Positions 9,745-19,009 of a stretch of DNA of 64,000 nt are shown one piece after another. This stretch comes from Thermoanaerobaculia bacterium (GTDB taxonomy: Bacteria; Acidobacteriota; Thermoanaerobaculia; UBA5066): positions 448,001 through 512,000 of the forward strand of contig CAWFJJ010000001.1 in assembly GCA_963816185.1 (NCBI GenBank), read 5' to 3'. The translations under genes and the position numbers were made by a program. Under the pieces are notes generated by a model. The model was not told where the DNA came from and did no database searches. It saw only the letters and a program-made list of their open reading frames with translations. Numbering within the stretch: position 1 is the first letter of the stretch; every line of letters begins with the position of its first letter.

Positions 9745-12033
9745 GTGAATTCAGCCGCCATCCTGCCCTGGATCCTCGTCTTTCCGCTGCTCGGGTTCCT
9801 CGTGAACGGGCTCCTGTACATGGTGTCGCATTCGAAGCTGGGCGGGAAGGACGCCCCGAAAGGCGCGCACGGGCCCGGCCCTGACGAAGCGCCGAAGGGT
9901 CCCGGGCACCATCCGCATCCCGAGGAGGCGGGGGAGCACGCCCTGACGCACGACCCCCGTCACGCGGTCACCCCCGGCGCCGACGCGCACGCGCGGCACG
10001 AGATCCCGTTCGCCGGCGCGCACACGATCATCGGCCCGGCGGCCTGCGCGCTGTCGTTCGTCACGGCGCTCCTCGCGATCTTCGCGTGGTGGGGCGAGAC
10101 CCACGGGCAGACGGGCGTCGTCGCGACGCTCTGGACGTGGCTGCCGATGGGGGAGAACGCCACGTGGTTCGGCACGAAGGTGCTTTCGATCGACGTCGCG
10201 TTCCGCATCGACGCGCTCTCGGCGGTCATGCTCTTCTTCGTGACGTTCATCGGAGCCCTCATTCACGTCTACTCGGTCGGGTACATGGGCCACGACCCCG
10301 GTTACGGCCGCTATTTTTCGTATTTGAATCTCTTCATGTTCGCGATGCTCACGCTCGTCCTCGGCGCGAGCCTGCCGATCCTGTTCGTGGGCTGGGAAGG
10401 CGTCGGGCTCTGTTCGTACCTCCTGATCGGCTTCTACTGGAACAAGGATTACGCCGCGGACGCCGGCAAGAAGGCGTTCGTCGTCAACCGCATCGGCGAC
10501 TTCGGCTTCGTCCTGGGCATCTTCGGGTGCTTCGCGCTCTTCGGCACCGCGGACTTCGACCGGATGTTCGCGCTCGCCGCGGCCGATCCGGGCCGTTACG
10601 CGGCCGGGGGTCTCCTGACGGCGGTGTGCGTGTGCCTCTTCGTCGGGGCCTGCGGCAAGAGCGCCCAGATTCCGCTCTACGTGTGGCTTCCGGACGCGAT
10701 GGCCGGCCCGACGCCCGTCTCGGCGCTCATCCACGCGGCCACGATGGTCACGGCCGGCGTCTACATGGTCGCGCGCTGCAACCTCTTCTTCCGCATCTCG
10801 CACGCCTGGGCGGTGGAATCGGCGCACGGTCACCCGACGACCGGCTGGCTCCTCACGCACGACGCCTCCTTCGTCGTCGCCGTCATCGGGTGCGCGACCG
10901 CTTTCTTCGCGGCGACGATGGGCCTCGCCCAGAACGACATCAAGAAGGTTCTCGCGTATTCCACGGTCTCGCAGCTCGGCTACATGTTCCTCGGGTGCGG
11001 CGTCCTCGCGTTCTCGGCGGGCATCTTCCACGTCTTCACGCACGCGTGGTTCAAGGCGTGCCTCTTCCTCGGCTCGGGCTCCGTCATCCACGCTCTTTCG
11101 GGCGAGCAGGACATGACGAAGATGGGGGGCCTGAGGAAGCTCGTCCCGCACACGTTCCTCACGATGTTCGTCGCCACGCTCGCGATCGCGGGCGTGCCCG
11201 GCTTCGCGGGCTTCTTCTCGAAGGACGCGATCCTCGGCGAGACGTACGCGGCCGGGCATCCGGTCCTGTGGGGCCTCGCGGTCCTCACGGCGGGACTCAC
11301 GGCTTTCTACATGTTCCGCCTCATCCGGATGACGTTCTTCGGAACGTTCCGGGGAACGCCCGAGCAGCTCCGGCACGTCCACGAGTCCCCCGCCTCGATG
11401 ACGGTGCCGCTCTACGTCCTCGCGGCCGGTGCCGCTTTCACGGGCTTCCTCGGCATCCCGAGGTTCATCCTCGGGGGCGACGGGACGTTCGAGAAGTTCC
11501 TCGAGCCGGTCTTCCTGAAGCTACCGGCGGCCTTCGTCCTCGAGTCGCACGAGCTCCCGCACGCGACCGAATGGCTCCTCATGGGCACTTCGGTTCTCGT
11601 GGCCGTGCTCGGAATCGCTCTCGCCTGGAGCCTCTACTCGGGTGCGTTCCCGTTCGCGATTCCGTCCCGGATCGCGGCGTCTCTCGGCGGGCTGTACCGG
11701 CTCGTGCGCGACAAGTACCGCGTGGACGAGCTCTACGAGGCCGTTTTCGTGAACGGCCTCATCAAGAAGGGCGGCCGCCTGCTCTGGGAGATCGACGCCC
11801 GGGTCGTCGACCTCATCCCGAACGGAGCCGCCGGCTTCGCGGTCGGGCTCTCGAACGTCTCCGCGTGGTTCGACCGGACGTTCGTAGACGGCGCCGTGAA
11901 CGGCGTCGGGAACACCTTCCAGGCCGCGTTCCGCGGGATGCATCGCGCCCAGACCGGCCGGACCCAGAACTATGCGCTGACGATGGCCGTCGGCATCTTC
12001 GGCTTCGTATGCCTTTATCTGCTCCTGACGTGA
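9745..12033 (+). CDS. nuoL: NADH-quinone oxidoreductase subunit L
   Basis: GWEGVGLCSYLLIGF, GKSAQIPLYVWLPDAMAGPTPVSALIHAATMV, DIKKVLAYSTVSQLG. Confidence 0.97.
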   Translation: MNSAAILPWILVFPLLGFLVNGLLYMVSHSKLGGKDAPKGAHGPGPDEAPKGPGHHPHPEEAGEHALTHDPRHAVTPGADAHARHEIPFAGAHTIIGPAACALSFVTALLAIFAWWGETHGQTGVVATLWTWLPMGENATWFGTKVLSIDVAFRIDALSAVMLFFVTFIGALIHVYSVGYMGHDPGYGRYFSYLNLFMFAMLTLVLGASLPILFVGWEGVGLCSYLLIGFYWNKDYAADAGKKAFVVNRIGDFGFVLGIFGCFALFGTADFDRMFALAAADPGRYAAGGLLTAVCVCLFVGACGKSAQIPLYVWLPDAMAGPTPVSALIHAATMVTAGVYMVARCNLFFRISHAWAVESAHGHPTTGWLLTHDASFVVAVIGCATAFFAATMGLAQNDIKKVLAYSTVSQLGYMFLGCGVLAFSAGIFHVFTHAWFKACLFLGSGSVIHALSGEQDMTKMGGLRKLVPHTFLTMFVATLAIAGVPGFAGFFSKDAILGETYAAGHPVLWGLAVLTAGLTAFYMFRLIRMTFFGTFRGTPEQLRHVHESPASMTVPLYVLAAGAAFTGFLGIPRFILGGDGTFEKFLEPVFLKLPAAFVLESHELPHATEWLLMGTSVLVAVLGIALAWSLYSGAFPFAIPSRIAASLGGLYRLVRDKYRVDELYEAVFVNGLIKKGGRLLWEIDARVVDLIPNGAAGFAVGLSNVSAWFDRTFVDGAVNGVGNTFQAAFRGMHRAQTGRTQNYALTMAVGIFGFVCLYLLLT

Positions 12034-12043
12034 AGGACGGCGA

Positions 12044-13699
12044 ATGAACGGACTCCTGTCGCTCCTCATCTTCCTGCCGGTCGTCGGCACGCTCGTCGTG
12101 CTGTTCGTGCCGCGCGAGAAAAGCTCTGTCATCAAGTGGATCACGACGCTCTTCGCGGGCGCCGAGTTCGTGCTGTCGATCCCACTCTTCACCTTCGCGG
12201 GCTTTCGCAGGTCAGGCGACTTCTTCTTTCGCGAGACGCACGACTGGATCCCGTCTCTCGGCGCGAAGTATTCCCTCGGCGTGGACGGCATCGCGGCGCT
12301 TCTGATCCTCCTCACGACGCTCCTCTCCTTCATCTCGGTCTACGCGTCTTTCACGGCGATCACGAAGCGCGAGAAGGAGTACTACGCGTTCCTCCTCCTC
12401 CTCGAGACGGGGATGGTGGGCGTGTTCTGCGCGCTCGACTTCTTCCTCTTCTACGTGTTCTGGGAAGTGATGCTCGTGCCGATGTACTTCCTCATCGGCA
12501 TCTGGGGAGGCCCGCGCAAGCTCTACGCCGCGATCAAGTTCTTCCTGTACACGCTCGCGGGCTCGGTCGTCATGCTGCTCGCGATCATCGCGCTCTATTT
12601 CTTCAACACGTCCGGCTTCCTGTGGTGGAAGGGCCTCGGGAACCTGCCCACGTTCGACATCGTCCACTTCCAGACGATCGCCTCGTCGATTCCGCCGGAC
12701 CTGCAGCTCTGGCTCTTCTGGGCCTTTTTCATCGGCTTCGCAATCAAGGTGCCGATGTTCCCGTTCCACACCTGGCTGCCGGACGCGCACGTCGAGGCGC
12801 CGACGGCGGGCTCGGTCATCCTCGCGGGCGTCCTCCTGAAGATGGGAACGTACGGGTTCCTCCGCTTCTCCCTGCCGCTCTGCCCCGACGCCCTCTTCTC
12901 GAAGGCGCGCTTCCTCGGGCTCACGACCGTGGGCTGGGTCGCGGCTCTGTCGATCGTGGGCATCGTGTACGGCTCGATGGTCGCGATGGTCCAGAAGGAC
13001 ATGAAGAAGCTCGTCGCGTACTCGTCGGTCGCGCACCTCGGCTTCGTCATGCTCGGCCTCTTCGCGCTGAACAACGCCGGCATCCAGGGCGGGATCCTGC
13101 AGTCCATCAACCACGGGCTCTCGACGGGCGGGCTCTTCCTTCTCGTCGGGATCGTGTACGAGCGGACCCACACGCGCATGATCGCGGACTACGGCGGCCT
13201 CTCCGGCGTCATGCCCGTGTACGCGATGCTCTTCATGATCATCCTCCTCGCGTCGATCGGGCTTCCTCTGCTGAACGGATTCGTCGGCGAGTTCACGATC
13301 CTCACGGGAGCCTTCCTCGCGGACTGGCGGTGGGCCGCGTGGGCGAGTCTCGGGGTCATCCTCGGGGCCGCTTACATGCTGTGGCTCTACCAGCGCGTGT
13401 TCTTCGGGGAAATGACGCAGGAGAAGAACAAGGGGCTGAAGGACGTGAACCTCCGCGAGATCCTCACGCTCGCGCCGCTCATCGCCATGTGCCTCTGGAT
13501 CGGCGTCTATCCGAAGCCGTTCTTCGAGATGACGGCAAAGTCGGCCGAGAAGATCGTGGCGACCGTTTCGGCGCCGGGTCTGCGCCAGGCGGCCCGCGAG
13601 GCCGCGCCGCGCCTCGCAGGCGCGACTCCGACGGGTGCTCCCGCCGCCGGCGCGGCTGCCGCCGCAGCCGCGCCGGCAGCCGTCGCAGAGGTCAAGTAG
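12044..13699 (+). CDS. nuoM: NADH-quinone oxidoreductase subunit M
   Basis: FWEVMLVPMYFLIGIWG, KVPMFPFHTWLPDAHVEAPT, DMKKLVAYSSVAHLG. Confidence 0.97.
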   Translation: MNGLLSLLIFLPVVGTLVVLFVPREKSSVIKWITTLFAGAEFVLSIPLFTFAGFRRSGDFFFRETHDWIPSLGAKYSLGVDGIAALLILLTTLLSFISVYASFTAITKREKEYYAFLLLLETGMVGVFCALDFFLFYVFWEVMLVPMYFLIGIWGGPRKLYAAIKFFLYTLAGSVVMLLAIIALYFFNTSGFLWWKGLGNLPTFDIVHFQTIASSIPPDLQLWLFWAFFIGFAIKVPMFPFHTWLPDAHVEAPTAGSVILAGVLLKMGTYGFLRFSLPLCPDALFSKARFLGLTTVGWVAALSIVGIVYGSMVAMVQKDMKKLVAYSSVAHLGFVMLGLFALNNAGIQGGILQSINHGLSTGGLFLLVGIVYERTHTRMIADYGGLSGVMPVYAMLFMIILLASIGLPLLNGFVGEFTILTGAFLADWRWAAWASLGVILGAAYMLWLYQRVFFGEMTQEKNKGLKDVNLREILTLAPLIAMCLWIGVYPKPFFEMTAKSAEKIVATVSAPGLRQAAREAAPRLAGATPTGAPAAGAAAAAAAPAAVAEVK

Positions 13700-13702
13700 G
13701 CC

Positions 13703-15166
13703 GTGCCTTTTCCCGCCGGCGACACGCTTCTCATCCTGCCGGAGCTGTTCCTGACGACGGCCGCCTCGGTCGTCCTCCTCTGGGCGACGTTCGTGAGCCG
13801 CGCGAAAGAGCGCGCCCTCGCCCTCTTCTCGGTCGGCGCCCTCGCCGCCACCGGCCTCCTGCTGTTCGTCTCCGCGCGGCTGGCCGGCGCGCTTCCGAGG
13901 GCCGCGTTCGGCGGCATGTTCGTGATGGACCGCTTCGGGCTGTACTTCAAGGGAATCCTCCTGCTCGTCGGGATCGTGACGATCCTGTTCTCGCTGCGGT
14001 TCGTCGGCGTGTCGCCCTACCCGGGCGGCGAGTACTACGGCCTCATCCTCTTTTCGACGGTCGGGATGCTCTTCATGGCCTCCGGAACGCATCTCGTCTC
14101 GATCGTGGTCGCGCTGGAGCTGATGGCGCTCTCGCAGTACGTCCTCGCGGGCTATTTCAAGCGCGAGACGAAGTCCCTCGAGGCGGCCGCGAAATACTTC
14201 GTGCTCGGAGCGTTCTCGTCGGGCGTCCTCATTTACGGGATCTCCCTCGTCTACGGCGCGGCGGGGACGCTCTCCCTCGCGGGGATCGCGACGGCGTTCA
14301 CGGCGGCGAAGCCGCCGGCGTTCCTCGTCATCGGGATCATCCTCGTCGGCTGCGGCATGTTCTTCAAGATCGCGTCGGCGCCCTTCCACGTGTGGGCCCC
14401 GGATGTGTACGAGGGCGCGCCCACGCCGATCTCGGCGTTCTTCGCGGTCGGGCCGAAGCTCGCGGCCTACGCGATCTTCGCCCGCATTTTCTTCGTGGGA
14501 TTCGGTCCGCGTGCCGGCGACTGGTCGGCGATCATCGCGGCCTCGGCCGCCCTCACCATGGTCGTCGGGAACGTCGGCGCGCTCATGCAGACGAACGTGA
14601 AGAGGCTCCTCGGCTACTCGTCCATCGGACACGCCGGTTACGTGCTTCTCGGCCTGCTGGCGTACGGGGACGCGAGCGGCATCGGCCTCTGGTCGATCCT
14701 CGTGTACCTCCTCGCGTACGCGTTCATGAACCTCGGCGCCTTCGGCCTCGTGATCCTTCTCGAGTCGAAGGGCTATGCCGGGGAGAGCGTGGACGACTTC
14801 AACGGCCTGTCGAAGAAGAACCCGTGGGCGGCGGCCGCGATGCTCGTCTTCCTGCTCTCCCTCGCCGGGATCCCGCCCACGGCGGGCTTCGTGGGCAAGT
14901 ATTTCCTGTTCTCCGCCGCGATGAAGGCGGGCTGGTTCTGGCTGGCGCTCCTCGCCGTGCTCATGTCCGCCGTCTCGCTCTTCTACTATTTCCGGATCGC
15001 CCGCGCGATGTATCTCGTCGAGGGCGAGGGCACGCTCCACTGGCGCGAGGAGCCTGCCGTGTCCGCGGCAGTCGCGCTCTGCGCGGCGGGCACGCTCGCG
15101 ATGGGCATTCTCCCCGGACCGTTCGTTCAATTCGCCCGGACGTGTCTCCTGCCGTTCGGACCGTGA
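13703..15166 (+). CDS. nuoN: NADH-quinone oxidoreductase subunit N
   Basis: EAAAKYFVLGAFSSG, FKIASAPFHVWAPDVYEGAP, NVKRLLGYSSIGHAGY, SLAGIPPTAGF. Confidence 0.97.
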   Translation: MPFPAGDTLLILPELFLTTAASVVLLWATFVSRAKERALALFSVGALAATGLLLFVSARLAGALPRAAFGGMFVMDRFGLYFKGILLLVGIVTILFSLRFVGVSPYPGGEYYGLILFSTVGMLFMASGTHLVSIVVALELMALSQYVLAGYFKRETKSLEAAAKYFVLGAFSSGVLIYGISLVYGAAGTLSLAGIATAFTAAKPPAFLVIGIILVGCGMFFKIASAPFHVWAPDVYEGAPTPISAFFAVGPKLAAYAIFARIFFVGFGPRAGDWSAIIAASAALTMVVGNVGALMQTNVKRLLGYSSIGHAGYVLLGLLAYGDASGIGLWSILVYLLAYAFMNLGAFGLVILLESKGYAGESVDDFNGLSKKNPWAAAAMLVFLLSLAGIPPTAGFVGKYFLFSAAMKAGWFWLALLAVLMSAVSLFYYFRIARAMYLVEGEGTLHWREEPAVSAAVALCAAGTLAMGILPGPFVQFARTCLLPFGP

Positions 15167-15411
15167 GCGACGAGCGGCCTCCCGACGGCCCGAACTCCCG
15201 GCGTTTCCTCGGCGACGTCCTGACGTTCGGCTGGGTGCTCCCGGCCGCGATCGCGGCGGGAGCGGGGCTCGGATACGTGGGAGACCGGGTGTTCGGGACC
15301 TTCCCGGTGCTGACGGCCGTCTTCGGCGTGCTCGGCTTCGCGGCAGGCCTCCGGCAGATCTATCGTGAGTCCGGGACGCTTGCCGGCGGCGGCAAGGGAC
15401 CTCGGGAGTGA
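15163..15411 (+). CDS. AtpZ/AtpI-family (ATP synthase gene 1) small membrane protein
   Basis: 82 aa, GAGLGYVGDRVFGTFPVLTAVFGVLGFAAG; GTGA overlap with nuoN stop; precedes atpI/atpB. Confidence 0.85.
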   Translation: MSDERPPDGPNSRRFLGDVLTFGWVLPAAIAAGAGLGYVGDRVFGTFPVLTAVFGVLGFAAGLRQIYRESGTLAGGGKGPRE

Positions 15412-15827
15412 CGCAGGAAGAGGGGGCAGCCGCCTCCTGGCCGAACGCGGGCTTTTTTCGACTGGCGACGATTCTCGGTCTCCTCGCGGCCTCCGCGCTC
15501 GCGGCGCTCGGCAAGTTCAAAGAAGCTCTCGCCTTGACTCTCGGGGCGGGGGTGGCTATCGTTTCGGCGCTCTGGCTGTCGGATCTCGTCGGTCGCTTCA
15601 AGGCGCCCGCACCAGGTGCGCCAGCCCGATTCGACTGGAAATTCGGGCTCAAGGCCGTTCTTCGGTACGCTTTCGTCGGTCTCGTCCTTTGGGGAACCGT
15701 GCGAGCGCTGCCGGCCGACGTCCGGTGGGTTGTCGTGGGCCTCTCGACGGTGGTCGCCGCGGTGGTGATCGACGGGATCCGCGAGCTCCTGACCGGACGC
15801 CGGAGCGGGACGGGCGCGGCCCAGTGA
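15408..15827 (+). CDS. atpI: ATP synthase subunit I
   Basis: Four TM segments with K..LRY pattern, directly upstream of atpB. Confidence 0.75.
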   Translation: MTQEEGAAASWPNAGFFRLATILGLLAASALAALGKFKEALALTLGAGVAIVSALWLSDLVGRFKAPAPGAPARFDWKFGLKAVLRYAFVGLVLWGTVRALPADVRWVVVGLSTVVAAVVIDGIRELLTGRRSGTGAAQ

Positions 15828-15840
15828 GGGCGGTCACGAC

Positions 15841-16635
15841 GTGCACCACGAGCATTCGATCTTCTTCGGGTTCTTCAACGCCCTTCTGACTCGCCTCTTC
15901 GGATCCGTCGAGAACGCGCCGTCCTGGTGGCGCGACGGGATCGCGCTCTCGGGCTTCCACGTCGCCGGGATCGCGCCGCGCGGAGAGCACGGCGAGCTGC
16001 TCGGCTGGATTCCGGACCACGTCGCCATGTCGATCGTCGTCTTCCTCTTCTGCGCGGTTTTCTTTTTCCTTGCGTCCCGGAGCTACCGCAAGGACGCTCC
16101 CGGCTCCGCTCAGAACGTTCTCGAGGTCTTCGTGGACTTTCTGCGCGACGTCATCAAGGAGAACATCCCGCATCACGGCGAGAAATACCTGCCGATCGCC
16201 GGCGCGTTCTTCTTTTTCATCTTCCTGTCCAGCTTCTGCGGGCTCTTTTTCTTCCTGCAGCCGCCGACGGCGAACCTGAACGTCACGTTCGCGCTCTCGA
16301 TCACCTGCTTCCTGTTCTTCAACGCCGCCGGGATCAAGGAGCACGGGCTCTTCGGCTATCTCAAGCACTTCCTCGGCCCGATGCTGGTTCTGGCGCCGCT
16401 CATGTTCCTGATCGAGATGATCGGCGTCTTCGCGCGCGCGCTTTCGCTCTCGATGCGTCTCTTCGGGAACATCTTCGGCGAGCACACGGCCACCAGCATC
16501 TTTTCGGGTCTCGTCCCGATCGTAGTGCCCTGGCCGATGATGGCCCTGAGCATCTTTACCGCGCTGCTGCAGGCATACGTGTTCACGCTTCTCACCACCG
16601 TCTATCTGGGCGGAGCCACCGCCCACGAGCATTGA
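15841..16635 (+). CDS. atpB: ATP synthase Fo subunit a
   Basis: PPTANLNVT, RALSLSMRLFGNIFGEH, LQAYVFTLLT. Confidence 0.96.
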   Translation: MHHEHSIFFGFFNALLTRLFGSVENAPSWWRDGIALSGFHVAGIAPRGEHGELLGWIPDHVAMSIVVFLFCAVFFFLASRSYRKDAPGSAQNVLEVFVDFLRDVIKENIPHHGEKYLPIAGAFFFFIFLSSFCGLFFFLQPPTANLNVTFALSITCFLFFNAAGIKEHGLFGYLKHFLGPMLVLAPLMFLIEMIGVFARALSLSMRLFGNIFGEHTATSIFSGLVPIVVPWPMMALSIFTALLQAYVFTLLTTVYLGGATAHEH

Positions 16636-16680
16636 GTCCTCTGGGTCGACTGTTTTTCGATCACGAAAGGAGCCCCCGAA

Positions 16681-16998
16681 ATGTCCAAGAGAATCCTCCC
16701 GGCCTGCGCCCTCGCGGCTCTGGCCCTCCTCATCCCGAACCTCGCCTTCGCCCAGGAAGCCGTGAAGGCCGGCGGCGGCGCGGGTTGGGGCCACCTCTCG
16801 GCTGCGATCGCGATCGGCCTCGCGGCGTTCGGCGGCGCACTCTCCCAGGGCCGAACGGCGGTCGCCGCCTGCGAAGGCATCGCGCGGAATCCGGGCGCCG
16901 GCGGCTCCATCCGGGCCATGGCGTTTCTTGCCCTCGTTCTCATCGAGTCGCTCGTCATTTACGCCCTCGTCATCGCCTTCGTCATCAACGGCAAGTAA
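16681..16998 (+). CDS. atpE: ATP synthase Fo subunit c with N-terminal signal-like extension
   Basis: EGIARNP loop, [11 protein letters not shown] with the conserved Glu. Confidence 0.96.
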   Translation: MSKRILPACALAALALLIPNLAFAQEAVKAGGGAGWGHLSAAIAIGLAAFGGALSQGRTAVAACEGIARNPGAGGSIRAMAFLALVLIESLVIYALVIAFVINGK

Positions 16999-17026
16999 GT
17001 CCCTCTCCTCCAGAAACATATCTCTA

Positions 17027-17056
17027 GGCCCCGGCTTTTCCGGGGCCCTTTTTTTG
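17027..17056 (+). terminator. intrinsic terminator of the nuo-atp transcript
   Basis: GGCCCCGG-CTTTT-CCGGGGCC followed by a T run. Confidence 0.85.
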
Positions 17057-17116
17057 TGTGGTCGAAGCCAAAATGGAGCGGTTTACGTATTGCATGGGGA
17101 GAAGCCGGAGCCCGAG

Positions 17117-17818
17117 ATGGCCGTTTCCGCACCCTCGAAGAACTCGTCCCCCTCGTCCTGGAACTTCAGGAGCGGTGAGCTTCCGTATGCGGACGCCCTG
17201 TACGGGTCCGCCCTCCGGCTGACGCGAAACCGGCAGGACGCCGAGGATCTCCTGCAGGAGACCTACCTCAAGGCGTTTGCGCACTACGACGGGTTCACCG
17301 AGGGAACAAATCTCAAGGCGTGGCTCTTTCGCATCCTCAAGAACGCCTTCATCAACGGCTACCGCCACACGAAGGTCGGCCCCAGGGAGGTCGATCTCAG
17401 CGCGAGCGGAGACGAGGCTCTCGATGCCGCCGGGTCGAAAGCCCGCGAGACCGAAGGCGGCTCCACTCCCGAGGAGAGCTTGCTGGCCGCTGCGCTGGAT
17501 CGGGGCGTTGCCGATGCGCTCGCGGCGCTTCCCGAGGACTTTCGGCTCGTCGTCGAGCTCGTCGATCTGCAGGATTTCACGTACCGCGAGGTGGCCGACA
17601 TCCTCGAGGTGCCGCTCGGCACGGTGATGTCCCGCCTTTATCGGGGTCGCCGCCTGCTCGAGTCGGCGCTCCTCGAATACGGCCGCCGCCGCCATTACTT
17701 CGGTCCGGACGAGCCCACGAGGACGCGGCTCGCGGCAGGAGGGCAGGCCGCACCCCGGGCCCGGGGCGGTCGGGATCCCGTCACTCTGTCGGAATACAGG
17801 CGGCGCCGCGAACGTTAG
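17117..17818 (+). CDS. ECF sigma-70 factor (SigR/SigH-like)
   Basis: [57 protein letters not shown]. Start approximate. Confidence 0.93.
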   Translation: MAVSAPSKNSSPSSWNFRSGELPYADALYGSALRLTRNRQDAEDLLQETYLKAFAHYDGFTEGTNLKAWLFRILKNAFINGYRHTKVGPREVDLSASGDEALDAAGSKARETEGGSTPEESLLAAALDRGVADALAALPEDFRLVVELVDLQDFTYREVADILEVPLGTVMSRLYRGRRLLESALLEYGRRRHYFGPDEPTRTRLAAGGQAAPRARGGRDPVTLSEYRRRRER

Positions 17819-17832
17819 ACGGTCCGGGCGTG

Positions 17833-18492
17833 ATGATGATGGACTGTCGGACGGCGAGCCTCCTGATCGAGGCTTACCATGACGACGAGCTGGAGCTCGT
17901 AGACGCGGCACACCTCCTCGCGCACTTCGAAGAGTGCCCGGCGTGCCGCGAGCGTTGCGAGGAGGCCGGAAAGCTCCGGGAGACGTTGAAGTCCTGCCGG
18001 CCCGTCGACCGGTGCCCGGAGGAGCTCGCCCGGCGCCTCGCCCGGCGGCTCGACGTGCGCGCGAAACGTCAGCGCGCGGTCCCGCGATCCGTCACGATCG
18101 TTCTCGCCGCCGGCTGCGGAATCGCCGTGGGATGGGGGGCGATGCGATTCCGGACGCCCGCGGCGCACGGCCTCGCGCTCGCGAACGCGGTCCAGCGGGT
18201 GGAGGGAGAGGTCGTGTGCCTGCGCTGCGCGATGGGCCGTGGCCTTCCCGGCTCGAGGCTCGATGGAACGCCTCATCGGCCGCTCCTTCTCACGTCGGAT
18301 GGAAGGCTCTTCCTCGTGAGCGCCCAGAGCCCGGCGAGGGGCCGCCTCGAGGCGGACGGTCCGCCGCGGCGTCACGTCTCCGTCATGGCCCGTCTCGACG
18401 ATTCGAGCGGCGTGGCCGAGGTCGTGGACGTGCTTCCCGACTCCGCTTCGGCGGCACCGGCCGGTTTCGTCACGTCGACCGTCGCGCGCTGA
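17833..18492 (+). CDS. zinc-finger (ZAS/zf-HC2) transmembrane anti-sigma factor
   Basis: MDC...HFEECPAC (HxxxCxxC), one TM segment, C-terminal domain with CLRC; follows the sigma factor. Confidence 0.85.
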   Translation: MMMDCRTASLLIEAYHDDELELVDAAHLLAHFEECPACRERCEEAGKLRETLKSCRPVDRCPEELARRLARRLDVRAKRQRAVPRSVTIVLAAGCGIAVGWGAMRFRTPAAHGLALANAVQRVEGEVVCLRCAMGRGLPGSRLDGTPHRPLLLTSDGRLFLVSAQSPARGRLEADGPPRRHVSVMARLDDSSGVAEVVDVLPDSASAAPAGFVTSTVAR

Positions 18493-18496
18493 CTGC

Positions 18497-19009
18497 CTAC
18501 GCTCCCGGAGAGGCGAGCGGGCTCAGGCGCTTCTCGAAGAGGATCGACTCGCGCGTTCCCTCGCCGACCGCGACCGGAACGAGGCCCACGACGCGGAATC
18601 CGTAAAGCCAGAAGAGGTGCGGGCCGGCGGGGGACACGGCGAACGAGCGCGCGCGAAGGACCAGCCGCCGCCGCTCGCGGCACGCCTCGATGCCGCGGAA
18701 GAGCAGTTCTCGGCCGACTCCTCCGTTCCGCTCGGACGCAGCGACGATGAGCCAGTCGAAGCGCGCGGCATCCGGATCCGTGAGGTCCCGGGTGACGAGC
18801 AGGACTCCCACGAGACGCGCGTCGCGCTCGGCGGTCATGATGACGTCGTGCTCCGGGTCGAACGCGGCCGCATGCGCCGCCACATCGGCCCGGACGACCG
18901 CGCCGACGACCGGGTCGTACTCTTCCAAGACCACACGTTCGACGAAGGCCCGGGCGGCGTCGAGGCCGTCCGTCCCGCGACTCCGGTAAACGACGTCCGG
19001 CACGCTCAC
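18497..19009 (-). CDS. GNAT-family N-acetyltransferase
   Basis: ERNGGVGRELL acetyl-CoA motif; C-terminal LFWLYGF; stop/start overlap with argS. Confidence 0.8.
   Translation of the reverse strand: MSVPDVVYRSRGTDGLDAARAFVERVVLEEYDPVVGAVVRADVAAHAAAFDPEHDVIMTAERDARLVGVLLVTRDLTDPDAARFDWLIVAASERNGGVGRELLFRGIEACRERRRLVLRARSFAVSPAGPHLFWLYGFRVVGLVPVAVGEGTRESILFEKRLSPLASPGA

Noticed and set aside
12136-15652. 1091-aa and 1146-aa ORFs over nuoM/nuoN
   Set aside because: Arg/Pro-rich alternate-frame or antisense shadows typical of high-GC DNA; only the last 82 codons of the plus-strand ORF (atpZ) are real.
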